Shown here: positions 25,086 to 39,369 of the stretch, piece after piece
Layout: every line of letters starts with the position of its first letter
How positions within the stretch are numbered: position 1 is the first letter of the stretch
DNA from: Raillietiella orientalis
Lineage: Eukaryota
NCBI GenBank assembly: GCA_036172245.1
Contig: JAYWIR010000035.1
Location: 1,178,001 to 1,242,000 of the forward strand
Direction: 5' to 3'
Length of the DNA: 64,000 nt
Notes under the pieces: model-generated
What the model saw: the letters and a program-made list of their open reading frames with translations, nothing else
Database searches by the model: none
What the model was told of the DNA's origin: nothing
Program-made: the position numbers and the translations under genes

Positions 25086-28000
25086 CACGTTTGGGATGTC
25101 GAACCACCCACTTCAGGGACTCTGCGTGGCACAAGAGACGCATCATTTCCTCATATATCCCAAAGCAGCCGTTTCATCCATTTTGGGCTTCCCAACTAAT
25201 GGATCCAATGCAAAGTAGCAGTTTGAACTTGAGCTTGAGAGATAACTTGAGCGGAATGTCTCTTGTTGATCCATTCATCACGTCACGTCTGGTGTCACGC
25301 AGCTAATTTTTAGCTGCAGGCACCCAAGGGCGTTTTGAATTCAGTGCTTCCTTTGCATTATGTGAGAAAGATCGAAGTGCTGCCTCATTCCCCATGATGA
25401 TCGAAACGATCTTTGCGAGTCGAAGAACTCCTGACATGTCCCAACCTATCCGGAGGATTTGGGGGAATGCAAATGCACGTGTGCCACGTGGGCATACGGT
25501 CTCCCCCGACTCCGGCTGCAAGCACGAAGTAACGATGAATTATTTAAATAGAGTCATGCCTGCATATCACGCAAATTCTTCCACATTGTTTCATGCATCG
25601 GGAACCATAAAAACTCTGGAGTATACCGGATGGAAGAAGAAACGGGAATGAAAACACGAAGGTGGAAAAATCAATAGGGAATGGATAGAAACACCAACAT
25701 GATCTTTGGTTCTGAGTCGTCGTCGACTTTTTTTTTTTTTTCTCATCTCAGAACAAGGTGGTTTGGAGGCTTCCTGGTGCGTGCTGAAAAAAGATGCTTC
25801 CAAATCGTTCCCGTAGATTCAGAAACTTCACCCCGAAATCTACGTCGGACTTTGGAGGGGAAAATCCAGCATGGGCAGCTTCGAAATGATCCCCTTGATT
25901 TCATGGTCCAAGTGCTTTTCGGTTGTTGCTGTTGTCATTAATATGATTGCTGCTGCTTGCTGCCTTTGATGTACTGCTTTTCTTTTCTTCTTCTTTTCTT
26001 TCGAACTGACTCTTCTTGATGACATTCCAGCAGTTGCTATGCAAAACTCGCGCGTTACCCCCTCAGTAGCATTCGTATATTTCAGAAAGGCATCCCATTT
26101 CACGTCGCCGTGATCTTCTGCCCACAGAAATCAGAGACTGTGGAGCGAATTCCTCTCTCTCTCTCTCACCCTCCCACGCTCATTTTCTAGTCTGAAGAAA
26201 AGCTGGGTAAAATCAAGTTCGAGAAATGACAATATCCTGATGAGGCATTCCCAGACACTTTCATTCCAATGGGAACACTGGGCGAACGATACGATGGATG
26301 CATCGCGAACGAAAGGGAGTCGTTGGAATGTTCCTGCCTAGGAGGCAATCAAACGGGTGCATGATTTTCATCCAGCCCTTCACCTTTGCCACATCGATCG
26401 CATGCTATGGATACCTGCGGTCTTTCCCTCCTTCCATACATGCAAACATCTCGATCTTCATCTCACAGAAACTCTCTCCTTGTTACTTGACTGCCTTCAT
26501 GGATTACAAATGGCTTGGCCTTTCCATAAACGTTTCCTTCCGCAGAGCCCTTTAACATATGCCTCCCTGAATCTCATTTGGACCAAACCCCTCCACAGTG
26601 CATGCTTTTTCCGCATCTCATTAGGATCCCTCTTCCACACAATTCGATTTTTTCATTTTCCAGATCTCTGCCATGCAACTTGAATTCTAAGCTTCCCCAA
26701 TGAAGCAACGAAGACGGTGCTGCGCGCTTTGCTTGCAGTCCACCTCGGTTCCGAGAGCGCATCGAGATGGTTGTGGGGCGAGTCCTATCCGGCCCTCTCA
26801 CTCGTTCCTATCTCCCTATCTTTCACTGATTTCCTTGCCCCTCATTTTCATCAACGATTGCTACAATCTGTTTCCAGGCCTGCCATGTGTTCTTCTGGCT
26901 CCAGAAACCAGCCAGCTGCACCACGATTCTAGGACACTTGGAAACATGAAATTTTCTCTGCACTCTCCTTTCACATATCCATCCACGTTGCCCTTTAATT
27001 CCTAAATAAATGAGCGGTTCTTTCCTCTTCTTCCAATCCAGCTTTGGATCACCCTTGGTAGCCCCTAGAAATTGTTCTCTCACATCACGGAAAATAAAGG
27101 ATTCTTTCTGCCTTTTTTGCGGAAAAGTGGAGATCTACTCTCCTGTCATCTCTGCGTTTATCTCATATATCATCCATAGAACGCGTTCCTTCCAGTGAGT
27201 GCCATCCGAATAACACTTTCGAGATTTTTTTCCCCCTTTCGAATTGGCTTTCAAAACCGAAGTTAGACGGATATTCCAAAAATGGATTAGATTTAGATAT
27301 GATTTATTCACTTAACAAAGCATCAGTGTTTAGAAGAAGAATCCACGAAAAGCGTGTGCCGAATGCCAGTGAAATTTTCCACATCATTTCCAAAGTTTCC
27401 ACAATCCTGCATTTGTGGCAGAGCAGGATTTTGTTGCTTATGAGTTGCAAGCATCCGATGACGCATCCGATGGTCTCAGTATCATCTCTCGGAAGAGCTG
27501 CACGTTGCTGTGTACCATTTTCTTTGTGATGTACTCGGCTCGCCCTCTTTTTGTTTTCCGTCCTTATAGGACCTCGTCGCTTCCCGGGTCCTGGGGCACT
27601 AGCAATGGCTCGCATCGATGCAGGCCCTCCTTTTCTGGTGAAGTGCTGACGCAGACTCCAATATCGACCCTCTTTCCTTCATAGCGGAGATGTTCGGCGT
27701 TTCTGCCATCACCCCGCTATTCCCAGAACCGCCACACGAATTCAAATAGGTCGCACCCGCCTTTCGAAGTTTGCGGAGCGCCACAGAACGCGTCCGTGTT
27801 TTTCCAGCCGGGGGACGAACCTCTCTTTTCTCTTCTTGTGGTCTTCCTAGACCGAGAAGCCGTTCTTGAAGGGACAAGAGGCATCGAGTACAGTTACTCT
27901 TTCGTCGCCTTGTAGGACAAGGACCGGATAGCAGCTGCAATCTGCTCCGGGAATAGTCGATCGGGAGCATTCAGCCCTAGTGTTCTCTAGCTACCCTTTT

Positions 28001-31000
28001 CAGTTCGTTCAGCAACTCATTGCCATGATGGGCGATGGCTGGAGAGTTAAGTATGCAGCGGCGAGCAGTATGAGATCTATTAGGAGAATTCAGATGCCAT
28101 CTCAGTTAAGCATTGCTGCTTATGCCCGAGAGCACTCATCGTCGTCACAGTGCCATCATTGTTCTCATCTGCTCACTTATTCCAGCGAAGTACTTGGAAT
28201 ATTTTTCATTAGATGCACTCCTTCTTCAATGGAATCCAGAAAATCCTTGCGACACTTCTAGTGTCCTGTAACGCCGCTGTCTTGAGTCTTCTAGACATAC
28301 ATGTGCTCCCTGATTTCCTTGCTCTGGTACGGGGAGGTCGCACCTTTAACTCATGCTTCTTGTTGCCCTCTGAAGATAAAAGGCGGTCTCCCAAAAGTTT
28401 CTCCAAACCCACCTTTTTCATGCTCTTTTTGATGGGCGATTCTTTTTTTGCAATTCACCTGTTTTTCAGTCTTGTTGAAAGGCAGCTTATCCTAAAAATG
28501 GATTTCCTTCAGTCTCACGGACAGAATTCTTGCGTAAACGCGGATGCAGACAAGAGTTTTCGGGTTCCATCCAAAGCTTTTCGGGGACCCTGTTAACAGC
28601 GACTCAACAGATTTCTCAATTCCAATGTTTCGTTGTCACGACATTCAACATCTCTTGAGATCTATCCAGGCCACTCTTCTCTTAATTCCTAAGCTTACTG
28701 TTATGATTACTGCTGAGCCTCTTTCCATTCTGATCATCTTATTCTTAGCAAATGGTTTTTTTTGTAATCATTCCGATCTGGGTCACAGTTCTTCAATAGA
28801 TTCCGTTGATTCCGCGTCCATTAAGGAGCCATTAACAAGTTTCTGGTAATGTTCCCCCTTGACTTGCGGAGACATAAGGTTGTTCTCATAAAATATCCAA
28901 AGTTCGTAGTGACTACTGACTGCTTCAGACCTCTTCTCCAGAATCTATCTAAAATAAGTAGTCCTGGTTCTTTTCCACTATAGAGCCTTTCGGAAATCTT
29001 TATTCTCTAGTATGATTCCCTTCTCAGCACTATGATTTAACTAACAAAGTAAAATCTATACCTTTTCTTTGTCATGTTTCCAGAAATGGTTCGTTTCAGG
29101 CTCTTTATTTGAGAAATCTCAAGTAGAATTTCATTGGACATCTCATTACGGCCCTTTACTTTTGGTCCACATAGTCTAGATAGAACCTCGTCTTATTCGA
29201 GTGGGCAGCAATACCAATAGTCTGAGCCATAGGTTTGAGAGCAGATCTAGTGTCATAGTGTCAGAATGTTGCGGACTTTCACGAGCAGCACTGAAAAACA
29301 CTTCAGTCTAATAGATTATGCCTTCTTCTTTCTCTGGAAAACATGAGATTTTAACCGGGAGAATAGTTAAAAAAAAAAACAGTGGAAAAAGTCCTGCCAA
29401 TTACTGAGATGGGTGTTTCTGAGGCAGTGACTGACACACCTAAAGACTGATTCGGACTCCGAATCCGAAAGCAGTGCTCCCAGAAAACAAGGATTTGCTC
29501 TTGCTCGTTTGGTAATAAGAGAGATCTTCAGCTGTCCAATACAACTGCATAAATGAGGTAGATAGGACTTCTGAATTGACCTTTCAAGAATCATGTAGTA
29601 TTGCGACCGAAATATATGCAGGTACAGGTCGTCTCGTTAAAAATGCCAGATGTGCGTTATGGGATGCTTATGGAAGTGCACAGCTGTCTCCCTAGAATTT
29701 TCGATCAATTTCTGTTTTCAAAGATTGGGATGTATGAGTTTCCAGTGCTGCATTGTATCCACTGCAGTGAACACCGAATGGACTTTACGACGAGAAAGGC
29801 TGCAGACCCGAGATAAAACCGTCCTCACTGGCGAGCCACGAGTGTGAACACTTTAACATTTGGCACAACATGACATCATCAACACCGTGATGAGCAGCAG
29901 CGGAGGGTTGCATGGTTTTAAAGTGGGGAAGGCTTGACCACGAAGAAGTACTAAATCTTGTTGAAAAGGAAATGGGAAATGGTCCAGAAAACCATTGGAA
30001 CCAGCTTCTCCTGTATTTCACATGTAATATGATACTTAGCGCCTCAATAAACAGAAAAAAAAAAAAAAAAACGAAGCTTTCTACTTTGAAATAAAAACCT
30101 TTTACCTCATTGGTCAGACCACATTGAAGATCTTCATCCCGGTAGAGTTCCAGTTGCTCTTGAGGCGCAGCAGTTCTACAAAAAAGGACAGTTCCAAGAA
30201 TTCGCATCGTTAGAACTTGTAATAAAGATCCTCCCCCGTGGAAAGACGACACTTTAGTCCATGTAGCAGATAAAAGCAGTCGATTCTCTTCTGAAAGAGT
30301 CCTTCAGGTGCGAGTTGTTGGAACTCCCTGAGATGCATAAAGAAGGGAGACCTTTGAGCAGCCACATATTTGACATGGCAAGGGGTCATAAAATTATACT
30401 GCAAATTCTAAGACGGATATGAGCCTTCTGACGCTGCAAATCTGATCTTTACTCATGAAATTTCATGAGAAGAGTTCTTAGCAATTGCTTGAAATTTTGA
30501 AAGGCAGCAGAAGAAACAGAAGATAGTGAAGGGCATCCTGGATCTGGTGTTGAGGCGTGCAAGGCCATGTACGAGATATATGTACAAACATGACTGAGAC
30601 TTCATCCTAAGATCAATTTTGATATCGCATGCAAGGCAGCGCAGAAGTTTGTGGGGAGCTTCTCTGATGACATGATCTCTTTTTCTTCGACTAATGAGTT
30701 CGTTCACCATCCAGTCGTTTATGAAGTGCTCATGGAAGCGAACGTCAGCATATGGTAAAAGAGATGCACATTTTATTGTTGAGGAAGCTGAAAAAATGAG
30801 TTGCTGAGGAGAAAATAAGAGCTCGTGTGTGGGTAAGGTTGTGAAGGTGTTGGCAAGGTTCCTCCAAAACGAAGTTTATCGTAAATCGCTCACAGCCATA
30901 CAGAAGACGACGTTTGCGTGAGAATTTTGGAAAATCTAAAAAAAAACGTTGCAGTACAAAAAAGGAACACAAAAGGTGGACACCACGCCTAGGTACGAAG

Positions 31001-31174
31001 GTGTTTTTTTTTCTTTTTCTTCTTATTTTTCGGATGTTCTCCATGGGGATCTTGAGCGAAGCCGGTTTCTCAGCTCTCCATACCGCAACCAAGAATCCAC
31101 TTCTCTGGGTATCAGGTAGAACTGTTCGATCGCTACCCCGCCCCTGACAGATTCGTAGAGCATCCACAGAACAG

Positions 31175-31545
31175 GCTCCCTGACAATCGCATTCAACTCA
31201 AAGGTAGCGGGAGCGAATCCCCTCTTACACACGAGATCGTCATCTGAGCGAAGAGTAGGATTCTGGGTTCTATCCGAGGAATATGAACCATACATCTTGA
31301 GACTCTCCGGGAATGAAGTCTCTCACTTGCAGAGCAGGTGCAGTAAGTCCGAAAGAGCACTCAGGCTGCGGCCGGAATTCTCTGCTGCGCGAGGTGTTGA
31401 AAAGATGGGAGACCTTTGCTTTCTTATGAACGTCCTCCAGAGGAGCGGAAAACGAGGGATTTTTCAAGGAGGCAGGAAGCAAACCATCTTTTCCACTTTT
31501 CCGGAAAGGATTCATCACGCATTACACTTCTTTAATGAAACCTGA
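31175..31545 (+). pseudogene. Death-domain-like exon or remnant
   Basis: Open frame LSEEYEPYILRLSGNEVSHLQSRCSKSERALRLRPEFSAARGVEKMGDLCFLMNVLQRSGKRGI has death-fold helical spacing (LS..E...L; ending L..VL...G+..I). Confidence 0.4.
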
Positions 31546-34500
31546 AGAAAGGCGATAAAGATTCGAGAGGATTTTGGAGGCACGTAAAGAGAAAAATGAG
31601 AAGGAGGAATCCCTGCTTCCAGATGTCCAATCAGGAAACTCGAGGAGCTCGGCTTTTGATTATAAGTTGGAGATTAGCCCCAATGGGCAGAAGCCAAGGC
31701 TATACGCAGAGGTCAAGGAAACGGATGCCTCGGAAACGCATCTCGGAATGTGTGCTCAGTGCCCAAATTTTGTTTCAGCATTGCATTCTGGGTCCAGGGG
31801 CAGAGAAAGCAACAAGAAACCGAATGAGAAGAGGTGTCTTCTGTGTCCTCTATTCCTCTGGAGGAGCATTTCGGTTTCTTGAAGTGGGTAGGTGCAGATG
31901 GAAGGGTCCGACAAGAAATGCATTCCTCTCGTCGGATTGTCTGGGCGCGGCTCGACACGCAGCCCTCTCAGTTGCGTTGTTGAACTCTTCTTAAACATTG
32001 CTGAAAAATGTAGATCGGGGAGGGTGAAAGGAAAGGAAAACAAAAAGGGTTGTTCCCTAATAGACCACCAAATTCCCTCAGGATCCCACGAAAAGGGAAA
32101 CTGCCTCACACCAGCCGCACTTACCGAATGCTGTCAGCTGGCTCGGGACGTCTCTTAGGAGACCAGGATCGATTAACAACTCCACAAAACCAGCTAATTC
32201 GTGTCCGAACCATCAATTGCTCCTATGGCTGGATTAGCTTCGGGATGGCACGGTTGTCAGAAGGAAAACCAATTAACGCGTCCTGTTGGCCACTCCTGCA
32301 TGTTCTCGGAAAGCATCACGGAAAAGATTTCAGAGGTCTCAACTTAGCCCACTGGGAGAAAAGAGAAAGCCCAAGTGCCCCTCACTCTTGCGAAAGGAAT
32401 GAACCTCCGAAACCGCAGCGGCCGTCGCTTCACACTCTGAGTTGCTGGAGTCACGGAAGACGACAAAGGAAAATCCCTCAGCGCCACTGAACCACCGTGA
32501 ACACAAATGGCAACGACGAGGTCTTCCGACACCTCAATGACACATTATAACCGCTGAACCGTACTGCACAAGTGCAGCAAGATAAGGGCGCGCAGCTAAA
32601 TTACGCTTAGTGAGAATCGATGGATAGGATGTCCCGCTCAAGACAACGAGAGTCCCTTGCACAGAAGTTGCAAGGATCCTTCCCAATGGAAATTACGGAG
32701 CCAAACGTGCTACTCCATCTGCAGATGCGAACGGAAATGTGCGGGCTGCGAGGCAGAAGCAGGGAGTAGCAAAGGAGGATGCAGAGTCTCTTGAGCGAAG
32801 TCGAAGGTTCAGTAACGAGCAAAAGCAGTTTTCGGCTCCTGGAATGTAAGATGAGGAGCACGCAAAATCAAAAATTCACGATCCGAAGCTCGAACACCTC
32901 CCATGTTCGATGGAGGCACTGACTGAAGGAAAAATTCCTCTCAGCTGCTGTTCTCAAATGTTGGGTGGTCTCACGCGCCGAAAAGCACGGAGGAACCTCG
33001 TTAGCTTGCTCTCTGCCGAAAACGCTCAGCAAACTTATTCCGTGCCTCGCATCCTTTTTCATCTTGATTCTGGATCCACCAATGATGGGAAATTGGCTAT
33101 AGGCCTGTACCGCTCAATAGAATAAGCCAAATCTGTCGACACTCTGGGTCATCACATCTTCATCTTTTGACTAAGAAGGATTCGTTCAAAGGTGGCATTA
33201 CGAAGAACATCTTCTTTACCTCAAGAGGAAGATCCTTTACAGTGGAAACCGGAAAGCTGTCGTCTTCTTCACATTAAGTGCTCTTGTTAGCTACACGTGC
33301 TGATTATCTAAAGCGAAAAATACCTTAAACCTTAAAGGATACCTTAAATGCACTGCTCGAGAGAATGTCGTACTGCCTTGGGATGGTTGCTAAGGTGGTT
33401 TAGAATAGGTCTCCCTATTCCAAATTGTAATCCATTTGCTCTCTCACAACCGAGCACGGTTTTCTATTCTTTTTAATGTGGGGAAGTAGCATGTGCCACA
33501 CATAGTCGGGATCTATTTCACTGTGTTGTGTATGTTGTTCTTGTACGATATACGGAAAATTGATGCGAAAAGGTGGTTAAACCTTCATTCTATCCCAAAG
33601 TGGCTCTCATCAGCTGTACCTCGTTCATGAATACCTACAGTTTTCCGAATCGGGTCTTTCCCTTTGGCACGGAAGATCATTCTTGTATTTACCTGGCTAA
33701 CTAAGGTGCAACTCAGAGATCTAAATTCATGGAACCGTTCTTCAATTCCAAATCCCTCACACTGACGATTTCAAGGTAGAGAGAACAAGTAGATATTTGG
33801 CAGAAAGTAGAGAATTTGCAAAGAGTGGAGATTTCAGAGAAATTTATGGGAGCATTGAATGGTGCATAGATCATGAGTCCTTCACAGAAAACTCTGATGT
33901 GAGGGCAGTTCAAGGAGTCACTTGAATGAATAAGAAAGTTCTAACAGGCAGCATTGCTGGTATCTCTAGTCTTGTGATGCACTGTTGAGGAGGCTTCGAA
34001 GAAGAATTCCAGCTCCCTCCACAATTATCGGGATATCATCGCACCTTTATTACAATATCTTAAGTGTATCTGAGAGGAATCTGGATTTAATCATCTTTCA
34101 TGACTTTTATTGTGATTTGAATGCAATAAATAAAATTGTCATGTATGAGCAGAACGTCATGCTATTCGGAAAGTATCCATGCCACTGTGTGGTATAGCGC
34201 ATCAGGAAACTGTGTGGCATGGCGAACTGTCCCTTTACCGAAGATCATTACCATATTATCTAAGATCGTGACTGCAACGGCGAACGGGAGCATCCTACTG
34301 AAAGACGTGCTCCAAGGTTTATTGCCTTTTTAGAACTTTGTAGAGCGAGCTTTTCTCTGAATCGTTGCAGCAGAATGGAGCAACGTGTATCACTGCACGT
34401 TGCTCCATCTTGTTGAAATAACACTAAACACATCCACACGAAGTTTCCAGAAAGACGTGAACTCAAGGAATTGATTTCTTTGGAATTAATGTTCACCTGT

Positions 34501-37500
34501 TTGCTTTCCTTGAGATGTGGAACATCATCTATTCTGTGCTGAAACAAGATGTAAGCAAGCTAGGAGGCACATTGAATTTGGTTGAAATCAGAAGACGAGA
34601 ATGTAAGGCAATATGCCATTACCTGTGATCATTTAGCAGCATCTCGACGCGATGTCACTGACCTATGTCCAGTCAAATGATAGACATTTTTAACAAGGCA
34701 ATTTTCATGAAAATAGTCAATAGATATTTGAGCAGCAGTCCAATATATGTTTCCATAACTGGAATACAGTGGACATCACCCGGAAATGGAACTGTAAATT
34801 GCTATGCGCGGAGCAGTTTCATCGGAACGAACATCACCATCTAAGATGTATTCCCCCTTGGTACAGCGTTTCTCTATTTGTTATGTCAATTTGGCTCGGG
34901 CAGCAGAGCACGCAGAGCAAAACATGTGAAATTCATATGGGAAAGGCAATCAAAGGAAAACAGGCTATAAACTCGCATCGAATGAGGCAGAAGTGCTTTA
35001 GAACGAAGAAAGGATAATTTGCGCGAAGAGCCAAATCCGAGTAGACGAATGGCAAGCCAAAAAAAGGGCAATAAAAATTCATCATGAGGTGAATCAAATT
35101 AAAAATGAAAAGCAACGATACTAATCTGTTTAAATCTGGAACATAATTAGAACCCATGATTGATCACTTTGCAGTTTGCTGTATGTAGGTTCGCCATGAT
35201 ACACGCCATGGAAATCATTTGTCTCAACTGCTGCTGCTGTTTCCTAAATTCAGCAAAAAGCAAGTCGAGGCAATCTTGTTAAGTTTGCGGTTTGAGTGCT
35301 CTGGTTGAAATATTGCCACAAAGGACCCTCCTGAAAGTACCCGGTATTGAAAAGCACGATGTACAATAAACGATACTGTACGAACTACCAAAAATGAATT
35401 TTCAAAGAATTTGCACTGTGCATTCATATACACCTCTTCCAGGCTTTTAGAACACAACGCACATTCATGACACATTGATGGCCTGTTGGTTGCTTCAAAT
35501 GTAGAATGCTACGTCGGTATGTACTGATCCCTGTCGGGCAAGCTGTAAGTCATCACATGCGTCTGTCTGAGACCGAAAGCGCTTTCAGAACCTTACGTGC
35601 TGCTCACAAGGAAGAAAGAAGGATTCTATTAAAGAGCTGAAAGCAGCGCATGGAGAAACATGACCCCATAAAATAGCAATGCAACCCACTACGATGCATT
35701 GCAGGTGATAATTGACAATTGATGACAAGTAGCTCACAAGCTTGCTTACGCAAATACATACATCTCTTGCACTGTCTTGTTTAAATAATCAATCGAATAC
35801 GTCAACTGCTTGATACCAGAGAGATGCATGGCTGTAGTCATGCAAGCATCATTGTACCATGCGCCTTATCGTTTTCCTTTTCTCGAAAGAACGCTGAAGG
35901 AACACAATGGGAACATATCAACAGGCGGGAAAGATATTTGCGAAGCTGGAAGTGTTTGGATTTCGACAAAACAGCTTTGTGCCTTTTATTCAAGGAAAGC
36001 ACAGGAAACCCAGAAATTGTGCACTGTGTAAATATTTTCCTTAATTTGAAGCAAAACTATGAAGAAAGATTGCACCGAACGAATAAGAAGAAGCCTGTGG
36101 ATTGCAGCATCCCGACTCGTATCGGAAAGACAGGAACGCATCTTCCACACGAAATTTTTAGAGATTCAAGCAGCACTACATCACTTCGAGACTTTCCCAC
36201 TGGAGATTTCAGTTCTGTGGATGCATTCATGATCAGCAAATTCATGAATTTAGCAATTATATTCTAAGGAAACTGATGATGTCTAAATGCTGGTTTCGAA
36301 TGGACTGAGACGTCGGAATTAGACATTAACAGACAGCATTAAATATAGCCATTTGAACAGACATCGTCGGTCATTTCCGGAAGGGCATCGCCCTGTTCGC
36401 CAAGTTGTGACGATCTGGAAGAATAGCAGAGCAGAAGAGAGAGATCTTCATTTGCAGGTAGTCCTAATTTGATTTCATTTTCCCTTTTGTCTCATCTTCC
36501 CAAATGAGGTGTTGTCTGCATCGGTTAGGCTAAAGAACTTCACCTTCTGGGGTGGAGCAATTTCCTTGTAGCTGAAAAGACATGCATCCTGTTTGCAGCG
36601 CACCAGGCGAAAGCTCAACGGAAGGTTTATTTACAGTGCCGAGGGATAAGACCACTCACATTTTTTGCGTGACCAAAAAATTCCACCCAGGGTCGAATGC
36701 ACGTGGAACTGTTCCGAATCTAGGCAGCGGTAAGAGCGAATTTCCTCCATGTGTGCCCCATGGAATTCTTCCACACGAGCTCTTTCCGTTGCGTAGCGAA
36801 GTTCTATGACCTAATCGACGTGCTTTGTGGATCTCTGTTCGGTTTCCCTCTAGCGACAAGGTAGCACTCTCGAAAGTTTCCAAGCTCCTAGAAAAGTGAT
36901 CTAGGATCCAGTTTCAGAAAGACCGCTCTGAATCCCTGGTTTCGACTCCTAAAACAAGTGAGGATCGTTCCTGCTTTGCCTCTGAGCGTCAAATACATGT
37001 TTATTTTCCCTTTTGAAACAAAAGAGGAGATCCGAAGGAAATGACCTCTCCAAATAACAGACGCCGCTGCATTGATTTCACATTCAGGATCAATATTCTA
37101 CCTATTCTTGCAACGGAGAGACATTTTCCAAGGTATCGACTAAACTCGCACTCACATGCTCACACAAACTTGAGCTTGAGCTCATCCTTCTTGCTGCCGT
37201 TTCCTGTTGCTGTGTAGGAACTGAACAACATTCAAGCTGAGAGAACGGGATACTGAAGATTCACCCAGTGAGGGAGAGAAGATTTCGCCCTCAATTACGA
37301 GGGGCAAGTCAAGCTAGTCTGGGCCCATCACTGCCTCTGAAGATCGGTTAGCAGAGATGAAATGCTTTTCTTTTTCCCCCCAGATGTTCGGACAAAGAAC
37401 TTTGCCGGGCACTCGACTTACCCCCTTGTGTCCACACTAAATAGCATTCCTCGGCCTCGGTAGCTCAACACGCAGCTACCGATTCCAAAAGCGTGCACCC

Positions 37501-37565
37501 TGAATGCATCTTCCGATCAGCATGCCATTTTCGCGTGATCTCTTCACCAGTGGCCTGAAGAAGAA

Positions 37566-37568
<3 letters not shown>

Positions 37569-37607
<39 letters not shown>
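37569..37607. repeat. (GT)n microsatellite
   Basis: Read directly from the sequence. Confidence 0.95.
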
Positions 37608-37609
<2 letters not shown>

Positions 37610-39369
37610 CCGAAAGCAAACACTGATCTCCGTTCCTAAATTTAGGGGAAGACTGCAAGAGAAGTAAGGTGAGATTTTTCCGTTGAAGCACCTTCCACCT
37701 TCGGACTGTTACGGAGGCCGACTGATCGAGCCATGCGTTGTACGCACTGTAAACGGCTCCATCATACGGTCTTCCCTCCACTGAATCTGCCATCTACCAG
37801 AATGAATCCAAAAGCTTTCCGAAAAGCGATATCCAGGACAAACTGGCCTTCTACTAGGATGAACTGCTCCAAATGTCACAAGATTCGCGATCTTCTTGGA
37901 TGTTTCTCTTGTTCGTTCTCCTCATTCCAATCCGGAAAGTTTACCCCTTTTCCATTCACCCAATGTTTCCATCCTTCGAGATCCTGTTCAAACTTCATTT
38001 TTCTCTGTTTTACATTTTGAATTAGAGCTTTTGTGGTCAGTAAGATTCTTCGGGTCAGTTCAAGCAATCCTAGCTTGCTATTAGCAGTTTTTGTTTCTTT
38101 CTCTTCCTAGCTTCCTGACTTTTTCGATTCCAGAAGTTCCAATCGCCCTCACTGCTGATGCACTCCCTAGACCGATTACTAGCATATGTACCAACCGATG
38201 CATCCTCAGATCCGAACACTTTCGCTTTTTCCCAGATTCCGGACTTCTCCACCGACGGTTGCATTCGAAATTCGTTCCTCTCAGAATGCAAGCTCCATCA
38301 ACAAGGATGGGCCCTTGTTGACCCATTCCAGCACTGGAAAAAAACACAGAACCCTTCTAAGGAAGAGCTAGGAACCATGTCTGCAGAGTCTAGGTCAGGA
38401 TCTACGTTTTTAAGAAATTCTTACAATTACGCGCAACCGACATCTCTTCAGCACGAAAGGGTGCATTCCTCCGTTCCCATGAGAAATCCATCCTCTTAGT
38501 TCATTAGTGCGTTAACCCACCGAACGCAACATCCTGCTTGCTTGGTAACTCACTGAAAGCAAAGGCAGAGTGAACAGTTTGAACAACCAAATCGAAAAAA
38601 TGTGCATTCCGTGTACTTGAGCAACATCTTCTGGATTTTATTTCAAGATTCTCACATTTATATTCAAAGGTCTCCTCGGGTTTCTAATCCCGTATTTTGT
38701 TCGTGCCTGCAATCTTCCAAAACGTTGACGTAATCCGGGAGATGGAGAGAAATCCTTTTTCTGAGGCTGATGTGCGGTTCTTTATCTTGCAAGAGTTCTT
38801 TGCAGCGTACCGAAGTCTCTCTGGTTCTGCTTGAATAGTTCAACTTAAGTCTTTGAGATGCTTTAATCAAGTCCAATGCCTTTCGACAGGGCACAACACA
38901 ATCTCTTGAAAAGGGATCGATAGCTCTGAAATCCTTCCTCTGTACACGTGTCGATCTTCGGTTAAAGGGGATACAAGGGAGATCGCACCCCCCGATTGGA
39001 ATTCCAATTTCCCCTTCCTCCTTGGAATAAAATCATAGATAGGAAAATTGTAGTTTTTCCTTGATTATCGATCACCCTGGGAAATTCTCTTTGTTTTTTT
39101 TTTTTTTTTTTTCAAAAAAATACACGACCTCGTGACAGCAGTAATGATCTCTTCTCTGCCGTGTTATTAAAGTTCCAAACTCTTCCTTCATTTCTGATGT
39201 GAAGATACCTTTATCCGCAGCACACTTCAGTTCAAGTTCTCCTTGTTGTTCCTCTTGCGAAACAAACTCACGTTGTTTTCTCATCAGTTTGATAGGAAGA
39301 AGCCGCCAATTAAACTGTTGTCAAGTTTACCTCCCTTCGATGCTAGGCGGTATCCTTGCAATCATGGCA

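Noticed and set aside
27403..27500. AFVAEQDFVAYELQASDDASDGL resembling a PP2C motif
   Set aside because: Single short motif with no other PP2C motifs recovered; too weak to call.
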